Origin: a virus
Strand: one strand, 5' to 3'
Length of the DNA: 60,742 nt
IMG/VR virus record: IMGVR_UViG_3300037420_000416
In this document: piece by piece, positions 33,428-42,078 of the stretch
How positions within the stretch are numbered: the stretch's first letter is position 1
Layout: each line of letters opens with the position of its first letter
Notes under the pieces: model-generated
Databases searched by the model: none
Told to the model about the DNA's origin: nothing
What the model saw: the letters and a program-made list of their open reading frames with translations, nothing else
Position numbers and translations under genes: made by a program

Positions 33428-33567
33428 GCCAGATCAAGCTGTTCCTGCGCGAGGGAAGTTTGCTCGATCGGGAAGAAGCCGCGCAGCGTCTCGCGCATGG
33501 CTGGATGGCTGCGAATGCCGAAGGCGACAAGATCAACGAGGCGATCCAGGCGCTGACGGAGCGCTAA
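33008..33567 (+). CDS. Tail assembly chaperone, -1 frameshift fusion (GT-like, about 186 aa)
   Basis: The slippery heptamer T_TTT_TTC lies at 33298-33304 in the zero frame. The -1 frame is open from 33286 to TAA 33565-33567. It encodes ...REWDWGAVVARLIRAGHRWGDIPGYTLSQIKLFLREGSLLDREEAAQRLAHGWMAANAEGDKINEAIQALTER. Confidence 0.75.
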
Positions 33568-34106
33568 CGCTTCCTTGGAATCTGCGCCAGCCGTTCAAGG
33601 TGCGGCAGCTGATCGTGATGTAGCAGCAGCACTTGCGTACTGGCCGCGAGCGCTTGTGCTGACCGCGTATAGGGCGCCGTGCTGACCACGGCAGCCATGT
33701 GAGCGCCGTAGTGCAGCCGGCCGGCGACTATCTCCTGCACGGCGTGGTTTCCGACGGGATGCGCGTACATCTTGCACTGGATGGCGACCTTCGTGCCGCG
33801 CAGGACCGCTATCACATCGACGCCCTGATCTTGCCTCGCTGTCGTATGTGCCTGCCAGCCGGCGTCGCGCAGCAGTAGCGCGCAATAGGTCTCGTACGCC
33901 AACGGTGATAGGTGCGATACATCGGAGATGCGTAATTGTTGCTCGGCCTCCCGGTATTTTCGGATTCCGACGATAACGACGGCCGGGCAAAAGAAAGCCA
34001 TGAACACCGCATACCAAAACGGTAGGCGCGACAGATACCACCCGAACGCATAAAGCAGTAGGGCGAGCAAAAACAGCTTGAGCAGGTCGGCGAGACGTTC
34101 TTGCAT
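33564..34106 (-). CDS. Membrane-anchored Mrr_cat (PD-(D/E)xK) restriction-endonuclease-like protein (180 aa)
   Basis: Track ORF. Two N-terminal TM helices (LLKLFLLALLLYAFGWYL and FWYAVFMAFFCPAVVIVGI) are followed by LSPLAYETYCALLLRDAGW...QGVDVIAVLRGTKVAIQCKMYAHPVGNHAVQEIVAGRLHYGAHMAAVVSTAPYTRSAQALAASTQVLLLHHDQL, i.e. the Mrr catalytic-domain pattern D...QxK. It is on the opposite strand to the tail operon. Confidence 0.8.
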   Translation of the reverse strand: MQERLADLLKLFLLALLLYAFGWYLSRLPFWYAVFMAFFCPAVVIVGIRKYREAEQQLRISDVSHLSPLAYETYCALLLRDAGWQAHTTARQDQGVDVIAVLRGTKVAIQCKMYAHPVGNHAVQEIVAGRLHYGAHMAAVVSTAPYTRSAQALAASTQVLLLHHDQLPHLERLAQIPRKR

Positions 34107-34122
34107 TATTCAAAATGTAACA
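34107..34122 (-). promoter_or_regulatory. Extended -10 promoter of the Mrr-like gene
   Basis: The minus strand reads TGtTACATT (TG at 34121-34122, -10 at 34114-34119), then 7 nt and the ATG. The mRNA would be leaderless or nearly so. Confidence 0.45.
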
Positions 34123-34141
34123 CAATTCGGATAGACGCTCT

Positions 34142-37100
34142 ATGGCATCGATGAACATTGAGATGCGCCTGGATCTGGTCGATACGGCCAGTGCGCCCGT
34201 CAAGGCGTTCATTGCGACGCTCGGCACATTGGAAACGGCGGTTTCGAATGCGTCGTCCAAGGTGACTGCGTTTGCAGCTGCCATGAAGGAGGTCCAATCC
34301 TCCTTGTCGCTGTCCAAGGCGCGGATGGACAGCGCTGCACAGGGCATCTCCAGCATCACCGCAGCCGCATCCAACTCCGGCTCCGTATCGTCGTTTGCGG
34401 CGGCAATGAATGCGCTTGGCGCATCGATGGGGATCGTGAAAAGCAACGCATCTGGCGTCGCCACGTCTGTTGGTAACATCGGCACGCGCGCGAATGCCGC
34501 TGTGGGCGGCACGACGCAGCTCAACAATACGATCACCCAGCTCAATACCGCGCTGCAGAACCTGATGACGCACGTCACCAGCGCAGTCAGCGGCATGAAC
34601 GCACTGCACACTGCCGCGCAGACTGCTGGCACCGGCACGGCCAACGCCATGAATAACATCGGCAACGGCGCGCAGAACGCGAACCGCCATGTGACAACGC
34701 TTGCCGACACGCTCAAGGGGACGATGCAGTTGTGGGCCGCGCACAAGATTGCGGACGGCCTGAAAGATTCGGTAAGCGAAGCGGCGGAATACGAGCGCAC
34801 GGATAACCGTTTGCGCAACATGAAGCTCAAGCCGGAAGAGTCCGATGCGATCCACAAATCGGTGCGCCAGACGGGGCGCGACTTTCAGCAATTCGACCAA
34901 AACGAACTGCTGGAGATGGCAATCGACCTGCGCAACGCCACCGGCAGCGCGCACGAAGCGGCTGAGGGTCTGAAAGGCTTCGCGCAGTCCGTCTTCGCCA
35001 TCAACCTGTCCATGCCGAGCGGGAAAAAGCTTGACGAGCAGGGCACGCTGAACTTCGCCAAGTTCCTCGAGGGCCGCGGTGTGACGATGGACCCGGCCGC
35101 GATGGCGGCTCAGCAGGATCTCGTTACGAAGATCGTCGCCGCGACGCAAGGCCGCGTGAACCCGAACAACCTGTTCGGCAACCTGACGTATGCCAAGGGC
35201 GGCCTCGGGCGCACGATGGACGACGAGGCGCTTGTGACGTTCGCCGCGATGATTGAGCAGGACACGCGCGGCGGCGGCACCGGCGGCACCGTGGGAACGA
35301 TGCTGACCTCGTTTGTCAACAGCATTACCAAGGCGAACGCGATCACGACCAAGAACCGCGACGAGTGGTTCAAACTGGGCCTCGTTGACCCGGAAAAGGT
35401 CAACGTTAACAAGAACACAGATCGCGTGACGAGCATCCAGGCTGGCGCCATTGCTGGCACAGAGATCGTCGGCAAGAACTTCAAGCAATGGGTCGATGAG
35501 TACCTGCGCCCGGCGCTAATCAAGGCTGGCGTCAACATGGATGACCTGACGGCGGTCAAGGCGAAGACCGACGTCCTATTCCCGAACCGGAACGCGGCAG
35601 AGGCAGCATTCCAACTGCTGTCGAAGAAGGATCTGATCGAGAAGGACTCGGCCAATATCACCGGCACCGCAGGAAAAGACGAACAAGTCGCGAGCGGGCA
35701 GAAGCTATCTGTGGCTGCCTGGGAGCGATTCCACAAAGCGATCAACGATCTCGCTATTGCTATTGGCACGACACTGCTGCCGGTCCTGAATCCGCTACTG
35801 GAGGGTTTCACCAAGATTATTCAGGTGCTGGGCCAGTTCTCGTCTGATCACCCTGTATTCGGCTTCCTGCTCGGTCTTGTTGGCGCGGCGGCTGGCGTAA
35901 GTCTCGCCCTTGCTGGCCTCAAAACGCTGTTCGGAGTTACCTTCGGCGGGTTGGCGGGCCTGATCGGCAAGGCTGTCATGGAGGCTGGTTCGTTGTTCAT
36001 GGGCTTCGCTGGCGCCATCGCTGAAGCAGGGCGGTTCATCGCTGTTGTCGTGCGCATGATCCTTGGGGGATTTACGCCGTTGGGGTGGGTAATTACCGCC
36101 ATCGTGGCCGCATGGGAGTTGGGCCTCGGCGACTGGCTGTCGAAGCTGAACGTATTTGGCCATTCGGTTGGCGACTGGGCGTCATCTCTGTCCGACAAGG
36201 TCGTAAATTCGTTCCAGAACATGTGGGTCCGCACAAAGGAGTATTTCGGTTTCCTGTCAAAGGACGCCGCCGACGCCCAAATCGATGCGAATAACCGTGC
36301 TAGTGCCCATAAGCAGAGCAAGTTGGGTTTTGGCTCAATGCCGGCCGCAAAGCGCGGCGGAGCTTCAGGCGATTGGGAAGACGCGCCAGTCAAAAAGGGT
36401 GGCAAGGGCTCGATTCTGAGCCTGGATCGCAAGCTGACATCGTCCGATGCTCCTGCTATGCTCGGAGGCGACGAGGAGTCGGAAATCGCCGATCAATTAG
36501 CACGAAACAAGGCCGGGTCCGCGCGATTCCTCGGTGGCGGCACGCGCAAGCCAAAACGTGGACGCTTCGCCAACTACGACGAGAACCTCGACGACGCCAA
36601 GAACGACCTGCGCCTGGAAGAGGACGAGCTCGCGCGCCACATGAAGGCCGAGGAGGAGCTCTACAAGGCCAACAAGCTGTCGATCGACGAGTACTACGAC
36701 GACAAGCTCAACACGATGCGCAAGAGCGTTGATGCGCAGATCAAAGAGCTCGAGCGCGAAAAGGCCGCCTACCAGAAGCAGGGCGACAAGGCCGGCGTGA
36801 ACCGCACCGAGACCGAAATCACGCTTCGCAAGCGCGACCTGTCTGACAACGAGAAATCGGTCGAGGTGCAGCGCCAGAAAGACCTCAATGCGCTGAAAGA
36901 GAAGGGCTTGCAGCTGGACGCCCAGCAACTGGAGGCCGAAGGCAAGAAAAGCCAGTCCGTTCTCGCGCGCGAAATCCAGAGGCTCAAGAAGGACCAGGAA
37001 GAATACCTGCGTAATGGCGACTACGAGCATGCGGTCCGCGCGCAGCAGGCCATCGATACCGCGAAACTGACCGCCGCGTGGGAGCAGTACGGCGACGCGG

Positions 37101-37915
37101 TCAAGAGGGTGCACGAGGAGACACAGACCAAGGAAGCCGCGGTCGATGCGCAGGTAAAATCCGGTAACCTCACGCGATACTCCGCCGAGCAAAAGGTCTT
37201 CGCCCTGCGGCAACAGGAAGCACGCCAGCTTGACGAGTTGATCGCCAAGGAGCGAGCGCTGATCCAAGCGTCGGATGCACCGCAGGCGGAGAAAGACCGC
37301 CGCCTGAAGACACTCGACTTGGCCAAGGCGAAGAACGACTCGACGCTGTCCGAAATGAACCCGGATCTGCTGCGCGCCAAGGAGACGGTCGACAGCAGTG
37401 TCCAAGGAGGATTCGAGAACTTCTTCAACAGCGTCATCAGCCGTTCCAAGTCGGCGGGCGATGCGATCAAGGATTTCGCGAACAACATCAAGTCGACGTT
37501 CACGAAGCTGATTTCAGAGCAACTGGGCAAAAGCCTGTTCAAGTCGTTGTTCGGTGAGGGTGGCGTCGGCTCTGGTGGCGGTCTGTTCGGCGACCTGTTC
37601 AGTGGTCTGTTCGGCGGCAACTCGTCTGGATCAGGCGGAGGTGGCGGAAGCTCTGGCGGCGGCTTCCTGTCGGGCCTCTCAAACCTGTTCAGCTTCGACG
37701 TCGGCACCGATGAAGTGCCGCGCGACATGATCGCCCAGATCCACAAGGGCGAGATGATCGTGCCGGCGTACGACGCGGAGCGGCTTCGTTCGCTCAAGCC
37801 GGGCGGGCAGCAGAGTGCTCCGCCGCCCGTCCTGCAGATTCACCCTGACGCCTTCCACATGAAGCTTGGTGACTGGCTTGAGGGCGAGATGGCTAGACAA
37901 CTGGCACACCGATGA
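34142..37915 (+). CDS. Tape measure protein (1257 aa)
   Basis: Track ORF. Size, coiled-coil centre, hydrophobic block (about aa 555-640) and Gly-rich C-terminal tract fit, as does the position after the chaperone pair. Confidence 0.9.
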   Translation: MASMNIEMRLDLVDTASAPVKAFIATLGTLETAVSNASSKVTAFAAAMKEVQSSLSLSKARMDSAAQGISSITAAASNSGSVSSFAAAMNALGASMGIVKSNASGVATSVGNIGTRANAAVGGTTQLNNTITQLNTALQNLMTHVTSAVSGMNALHTAAQTAGTGTANAMNNIGNGAQNANRHVTTLADTLKGTMQLWAAHKIADGLKDSVSEAAEYERTDNRLRNMKLKPEESDAIHKSVRQTGRDFQQFDQNELLEMAIDLRNATGSAHEAAEGLKGFAQSVFAINLSMPSGKKLDEQGTLNFAKFLEGRGVTMDPAAMAAQQDLVTKIVAATQGRVNPNNLFGNLTYAKGGLGRTMDDEALVTFAAMIEQDTRGGGTGGTVGTMLTSFVNSITKANAITTKNRDEWFKLGLVDPEKVNVNKNTDRVTSIQAGAIAGTEIVGKNFKQWVDEYLRPALIKAGVNMDDLTAVKAKTDVLFPNRNAAEAAFQLLSKKDLIEKDSANITGTAGKDEQVASGQKLSVAAWERFHKAINDLAIAIGTTLLPVLNPLLEGFTKIIQVLGQFSSDHPVFGFLLGLVGAAAGVSLALAGLKTLFGVTFGGLAGLIGKAVMEAGSLFMGFAGAIAEAGRFIAVVVRMILGGFTPLGWVITAIVAAWELGLGDWLSKLNVFGHSVGDWASSLSDKVVNSFQNMWVRTKEYFGFLSKDAADAQIDANNRASAHKQSKLGFGSMPAAKRGGASGDWEDAPVKKGGKGSILSLDRKLTSSDAPAMLGGDEESEIADQLARNKAGSARFLGGGTRKPKRGRFANYDENLDDAKNDLRLEEDELARHMKAEEELYKANKLSIDEYYDDKLNTMRKSVDAQIKELEREKAAYQKQGDKAGVNRTETEITLRKRDLSDNEKSVEVQRQKDLNALKEKGLQLDAQQLEAEGKKSQSVLAREIQRLKKDQEEYLRNGDYEHAVRAQQAIDTAKLTAAWEQYGDAVKRVHEETQTKEAAVDAQVKSGNLTRYSAEQKVFALRQQEARQLDELIAKERALIQASDAPQAEKDRRLKTLDLAKAKNDSTLSEMNPDLLRAKETVDSSVQGGFENFFNSVISRSKSAGDAIKDFANNIKSTFTKLISEQLGKSLFKSLFGEGGVGSGGGLFGDLFSGLFGGNSSGSGGGGGSSGGGFLSGLSNLFSFDVGTDEVPRDMIAQIHKGEMIVPAYDAERLRSLKPGGQQSAPPPVLQIHPDAFHMKLGDWLEGEMARQLAHR

Positions 37916-38130
37916 CGATTTCAGCCTACCCACAAAACGTCGCCGTCGATGCGACATCGCTACTGATCTTCTCGGGGCCGCCGAATGTCACCGTTCAATG
38001 GACGCTGACCGGAAGCGGCCTTCTGGAGCCGGTAGAGGCATATACGGACGCCAGCGGGCGCGCACACGCCAAATACACGCCGGGCGACGTGGGGGACGTT
38101 GTGACGATCGCAGTAACGCATGGAACCTAG
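37912..38130 (+). CDS. Small Ig-like tail protein (72 aa)
   Basis: Track ORF, ATGA-coupled to the tape measure gene. ...VTVQWTLTGSGLLEP...TDASGRAHAKYTPGDVGDVVTIAVTHG resembles a bacterial Ig-like fold. Confidence 0.5.
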   Translation: MTISAYPQNVAVDATSLLIFSGPPNVTVQWTLTGSGLLEPVEAYTDASGRAHAKYTPGDVGDVVTIAVTHGT

Positions 38131-38139
38131 GACTTTTCA

Positions 38140-38673
38140 ATGACGATTTTGACCAGTTCGGCGACTATCGCGGTCGGCGACGGAGCTACGGCCGTCGATT
38201 CGGTGCAGTTGACAGTGCTGCCGGCCGTCGGCGCACCCAATGGCCGCGGGCGCCTGGTTCATCCGTCGCTCGGCACGTACGACTACGTGCGCGGGCCTGA
38301 CGAATGGACCAACATCGACGGAGACGCCATCATCGCGCCGATCTGGGCGAGCACGAAGACCCTGCTCGGCTCCGCGAACACGCTTTTCGTCGGCAATTTA
38401 CGTGACGTCACGGTAGAGGAGCGCTGGACGCAATCCGTGGCCGGCGAAATCGATCTTGTACGCACGCTGCTCGCCTTCTGGATGAACCCGGTCGATCCGT
38501 CGCTCGCCTACGTCGAGTGGTATCCGACCTACACCAGCAACCTGGGATTCAAGGTGATCATTCTGTCGCTGACGGTCGGCGGCAAGGACATTACCTTGTC
38601 GTCGCTCGTTCATCAGGGCTGGGTGCGTGGTCCGATCGTGCTGAAGATGAAGATCGCGGGGCGTGTCGAATGA
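38140..38673 (+). CDS. Tail tip / distal tail protein (177 aa)
   Basis: Track ORF; assigned by synteny. Confidence 0.55.
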   Translation: MTILTSSATIAVGDGATAVDSVQLTVLPAVGAPNGRGRLVHPSLGTYDYVRGPDEWTNIDGDAIIAPIWASTKTLLGSANTLFVGNLRDVTVEERWTQSVAGEIDLVRTLLAFWMNPVDPSLAYVEWYPTYTSNLGFKVIILSLTVGGKDITLSSLVHQGWVRGPIVLKMKIAGRVE

Positions 38674-39689
38674 TGGAACTACTTGCGGGGCCGTACACGG
38701 TGGCGCATGCTGGGCTCGATAACCGCAATACGGCGCCGGCTGGCATCAACCGCGCATTCTGGGATGATGAGCTTGGCATCGGGTCGCTGTCGGCCTATAC
38801 ATCAATTACGGATATATTCGGTCACGGCTCGAACTACTTCGTCGCCCAACTGGATGGTACATGTGGCGCGCGCGCCAAGGCCATTCCGGGAACGATACTG
38901 GTCGACATGACGAACCAGTACGAGTGGTGCCTTTACTACACGGACTTGGATCCTGATATTGGGTCGGCGGGCTTCCTGTACGGCTTCGACAAACAGTCAG
39001 GAGTCTACGCGGACAAGATGATCGCCAAGAGTTTTGGAATTCATGCGGAGGCCACAAGCTTCCCGCAGATCCGCACCGCTGACCGCTTGATTGCGATTCA
39101 GGGCACGAGCGTGAGAAAGCGAGCCATCGACGGCAGCGATTCGGCGTGGGTCGAGGAATGCGAACTGACACCCGGGATAGGCGACCCGATCTACTCGACG
39201 TACGCCGTGCCGGCCGTGTCGCGGACCAAGGATGAGAACGTACTGTGCCTGATCTACCCGAGTGGCGGAATCCTGTTCTATGACGTCGTCGCGAAACAGC
39301 AGGTCGTCAAGCCGTGGATTGCCCGTATCGGCGCGAACAGCGGCGCGTGGTACAGCGTCAAATACGACATCTACATCAGCTACACGGTCGATGACACCGA
39401 CTGGCACGTGAGCGTATGGGCGAACTCGGTGAAGCCGGATTCGCTCAGCAATCCCGAGGCGGTCACGTCGCTTGTCGCCGGGAAGGTTTCGCAGGTCCGC
39501 GCGCGCTTGCTGGGCGACCATGGCGAGCCGTGCGAGGGCGAGTTGATTGCGTGGACCATCACGGCCGGCGATGGATCGCTGACGGCAACGCAATCCACGA
39601 CCGGGGCCGACGGGTACGCGTACATCGGATATGTCGCGCCGATCGTCGCGGTATCTGCGCCGACCATTCAGGCAGCAGCGGAGTTCTGA
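38670..39689 (+). CDS. Tail tip protein with C-terminal Ig-like domain (339 aa)
   Basis: In the frame of track ORF 38517..39689. ATG 38670 is ATGA-coupled. Confidence 0.55.
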   Translation: MMELLAGPYTVAHAGLDNRNTAPAGINRAFWDDELGIGSLSAYTSITDIFGHGSNYFVAQLDGTCGARAKAIPGTILVDMTNQYEWCLYYTDLDPDIGSAGFLYGFDKQSGVYADKMIAKSFGIHAEATSFPQIRTADRLIAIQGTSVRKRAIDGSDSAWVEECELTPGIGDPIYSTYAVPAVSRTKDENVLCLIYPSGGILFYDVVAKQQVVKPWIARIGANSGAWYSVKYDIYISYTVDDTDWHVSVWANSVKPDSLSNPEAVTSLVAGKVSQVRARLLGDHGEPCEGELIAWTITAGDGSLTATQSTTGADGYAYIGYVAPIVAVSAPTIQAAAEF

Positions 39690-41998
39690 TGTACAAGCAG
39701 ATTTTTTTGGCGCCTGTGCCGTACCGGCTCGCGAGCGACCCATCGCTTGGCAGCGGGATCCCTATCGCGGTCTACATCAGTTATCCCGACCTGGTCCTCG
39801 CTTACGGCGAGGTGATCCACTCGGTCTACGCCTTCTTCGTTAATGCTGAGGCGACAGCATCTAGCTCATTTACGATTATCCTCGCGGTAAACACGCGCGA
39901 TATTCATCATGTTTTCACCCAGACGATCCTCAAGTTTGATGGAGCCACCGGCGCCTTTCTGGGATACGAAGACCCGTTCTATTCTCCGCCCGGGTACCTC
40001 TATTCGGAGGTCGTGCAAAGCATCGACGGCAGCCTGTGGGCAACGACGACCGGCTATCTGATTCAGCTCGACCCGGCAACGCGCGCGGCGCCGGATATTT
40101 CGGCCTGGATCCCGGCCACGTTCTTCGAGATCCCGAGTGATCAGGAGTTTCACGAAATCCATCGACCCATGGTCGACAAGGCGCGAGACATCATCGTCAT
40201 GTCCGCAACGCCGGTCTCGGTCGATGGACGCTATATTCTTGTCAATCGGCTTTCAACTGGTGCTCTGCTGCGCAAGATCTGGGTCTCCGGCCCGATTGCG
40301 CAAATCATCCAGGAGGATGACCGGCGCTGCTTCGTCGTTTGCACCAACGGCATCCTCAACGTCGTCGACTTCACGACCGGCGCCGTACTCTCGACCACGA
40401 GCAGCCCGGCGGTGCATTCTGTCGATGGGCAGGCGGTGTATGCGTGGGCGCCATCGCTTCGCCGGCTGTTGGCTTTCAACTTTATCGACGCTGGCCGCGC
40501 TTTTCACGGCGGGCCGCCGGTCAATAGCGATGGAAGCTCGCCGGACTACATCACCGGCTATTACCCGGTTCCGATCGCAACGAACGTCACGCGCCCGATT
40601 CCGATCAAGCCGCCGCGCAAAGGTCGCACTGTTCCCATGCTGGTTCGCGCCGTTGGCGATGCGGGTGAGGCCATCCCAAGCCTGCCGATTGCCGCTACCG
40701 CGACGTTGCCGGGCTCTATCGGGCCGGGATCGCTGATCACGGACGCCTACGGATACGCAACGATCAATCTGGTTGGTACCGACGCTGGATCGAGCGACGT
40801 GACCGTAACCGCAAATGTGGGTGACGTCTATTTGGGCGTGGTGAGTAGCAGCGGCGCAGGCAGCGGCACAGGAGGCGGCACGGGTGGAAGTGCCGGCGGA
40901 AGTACCGGCGGCGACCCCGGCGCGGGAACTATCGTCCCGACGCTATACGTATCCACTACAGGCAGCGACTCCAATAGCGGCACCAGCGCTGCCAGCCCAT
41001 TCCTGACAATCCAGAAGGCGGTTACGGTGGCGACTGCGGGCGATATCGTATCCGTCGCTTCCGGAACGTATGCCGAGACCATTTACGGAACCAACAACGG
41101 CACCGTAAGCCAGCCGATCAGATTTGTCTCCGCTACCAAGTGGGGCGCGAAGATCGTTCCTCCGTCCGCCAATTCCAGCCGCGACACCGCGTGGGACCAC
41201 CGCGGCGACTACGTCACCATCGACGGCTTCGAGGTGGATGGCACGATCGACCCAGTGACCGGGCAATACTGGCGCGTCGGAATCAACGTCACCGGCACGA
41301 ACTCACTTGTCACGCGCTGCTATGTGCATCATATTCACCGCAACCACGACGCCGACAGCAACGGCGGCGCCGGTATCCTGTGCGACAGCTATTACGGCCA
41401 AAATGGCGGCAGTGCCACTTGCAACCTCGTGCATCACATTGGCCCGAGCAGTGGTGTTGGTGGCAGCTTCGTCCAGGGCATTTATTTCACCACGGCGCAG
41501 GCGCGGATCGAGAACAACGTCGTCAACAACGTCACTGGGTACGGCATCCACGGCTGGCACGACGTGCGCAACACGAAGGTGACAAACAACACGTCATTCC
41601 ACAACGGCGAGGGCGGCTTCGTGGTTGGTGGCGGCGACTACGTCAACCAAAGCGCGCCATGCGACTACATGGTCGTCACGAACAATATCGCCTACGGGAA
41701 CACGGGCTACGGCTTCTCGGAGCAAGGCGATAACGGCGCGCACAACATCTGGAGCAACAACCTGGCCAACGGCAACGGTACCGATTGGTCCCTGAACACG
41801 TCTTCCCACGTCAACGACGTGACGGGTTCTCCGGGCTTCGTCAATTACCAGGCCGATGGCTCTGGCGACTATCACCTGCATGCCGGATCGCCTGCAATCG
41901 GTACTGGCTTGGCGACCTATGCGCCGGCGATAGACTTCAGCGGCGTTACCCGTACTTCCCCGTTCGATCTTGGGGCCTACAAATTCACGGGCGCATGA
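39689..41998 (+). CDS. Tail spike-like protein with right-handed beta-helix (pectate-lyase-like) C-domain (769 aa)
   Basis: In the frame of track ORF 39416..41998, with ATG 39689. Repeats NNVVNNVTGYGIHGW / VTNNTSFHNGEGGFVVGG / VTNNIAYGNTGYGFSEQG / WSNNLANGNG are typical PbH1 coils. A Gly-rich linker lies at about aa 385-410. Confidence 0.7.
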   Translation: MYKQIFLAPVPYRLASDPSLGSGIPIAVYISYPDLVLAYGEVIHSVYAFFVNAEATASSSFTIILAVNTRDIHHVFTQTILKFDGATGAFLGYEDPFYSPPGYLYSEVVQSIDGSLWATTTGYLIQLDPATRAAPDISAWIPATFFEIPSDQEFHEIHRPMVDKARDIIVMSATPVSVDGRYILVNRLSTGALLRKIWVSGPIAQIIQEDDRRCFVVCTNGILNVVDFTTGAVLSTTSSPAVHSVDGQAVYAWAPSLRRLLAFNFIDAGRAFHGGPPVNSDGSSPDYITGYYPVPIATNVTRPIPIKPPRKGRTVPMLVRAVGDAGEAIPSLPIAATATLPGSIGPGSLITDAYGYATINLVGTDAGSSDVTVTANVGDVYLGVVSSSGAGSGTGGGTGGSAGGSTGGDPGAGTIVPTLYVSTTGSDSNSGTSAASPFLTIQKAVTVATAGDIVSVASGTYAETIYGTNNGTVSQPIRFVSATKWGAKIVPPSANSSRDTAWDHRGDYVTIDGFEVDGTIDPVTGQYWRVGINVTGTNSLVTRCYVHHIHRNHDADSNGGAGILCDSYYGQNGGSATCNLVHHIGPSSGVGGSFVQGIYFTTAQARIENNVVNNVTGYGIHGWHDVRNTKVTNNTSFHNGEGGFVVGGGDYVNQSAPCDYMVVTNNIAYGNTGYGFSEQGDNGAHNIWSNNLANGNGTDWSLNTSSHVNDVTGSPGFVNYQADGSGDYHLHAGSPAIGTGLATYAPAIDFSGVTRTSPFDLGAYKFTGA

Positions 41999-42039
41999 TC
42001 AGAATCTCGTAGTCGACCAAGATCGACAAATGCCACACA

Positions 42040-42068
42040 GGCCGCCTTCGGGCGGTTCTTTTTTTTGG
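42040..42068 (+). terminator. Rho-independent terminator after the tail spike gene
   Basis: GGCCGCC-ttcg-GGCGG(TT)C followed by TTTTTTTTT. Confidence 0.65.
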
Positions 42069-42078
42069 AAGGCGAAAT

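Noticed and set aside
33351-33623. 90-aa + strand ORF overlapping the chaperone 3' end, a tempting frameshift partner
   Set aside because: It is in the +1 frame and Arg-rich. The protein-like extension and the T_TTT_TTC slippery site belong to the -1 frame, which ends at 33567.
24324-35488. Minus-strand ORFs of 400-560 aa over structural genes (24324..25763, 27237..28433, 31349..33043, 33595..34857, 34106..35488)
   Set aside because: All are antisense to well-supported portal, coat, tail and tape measure genes and show junk-like Arg/Gly/Asp/His composition. Only 33564..34106 on this strand is real (Mrr-like), and it lies in a different frame from 33595..34857.
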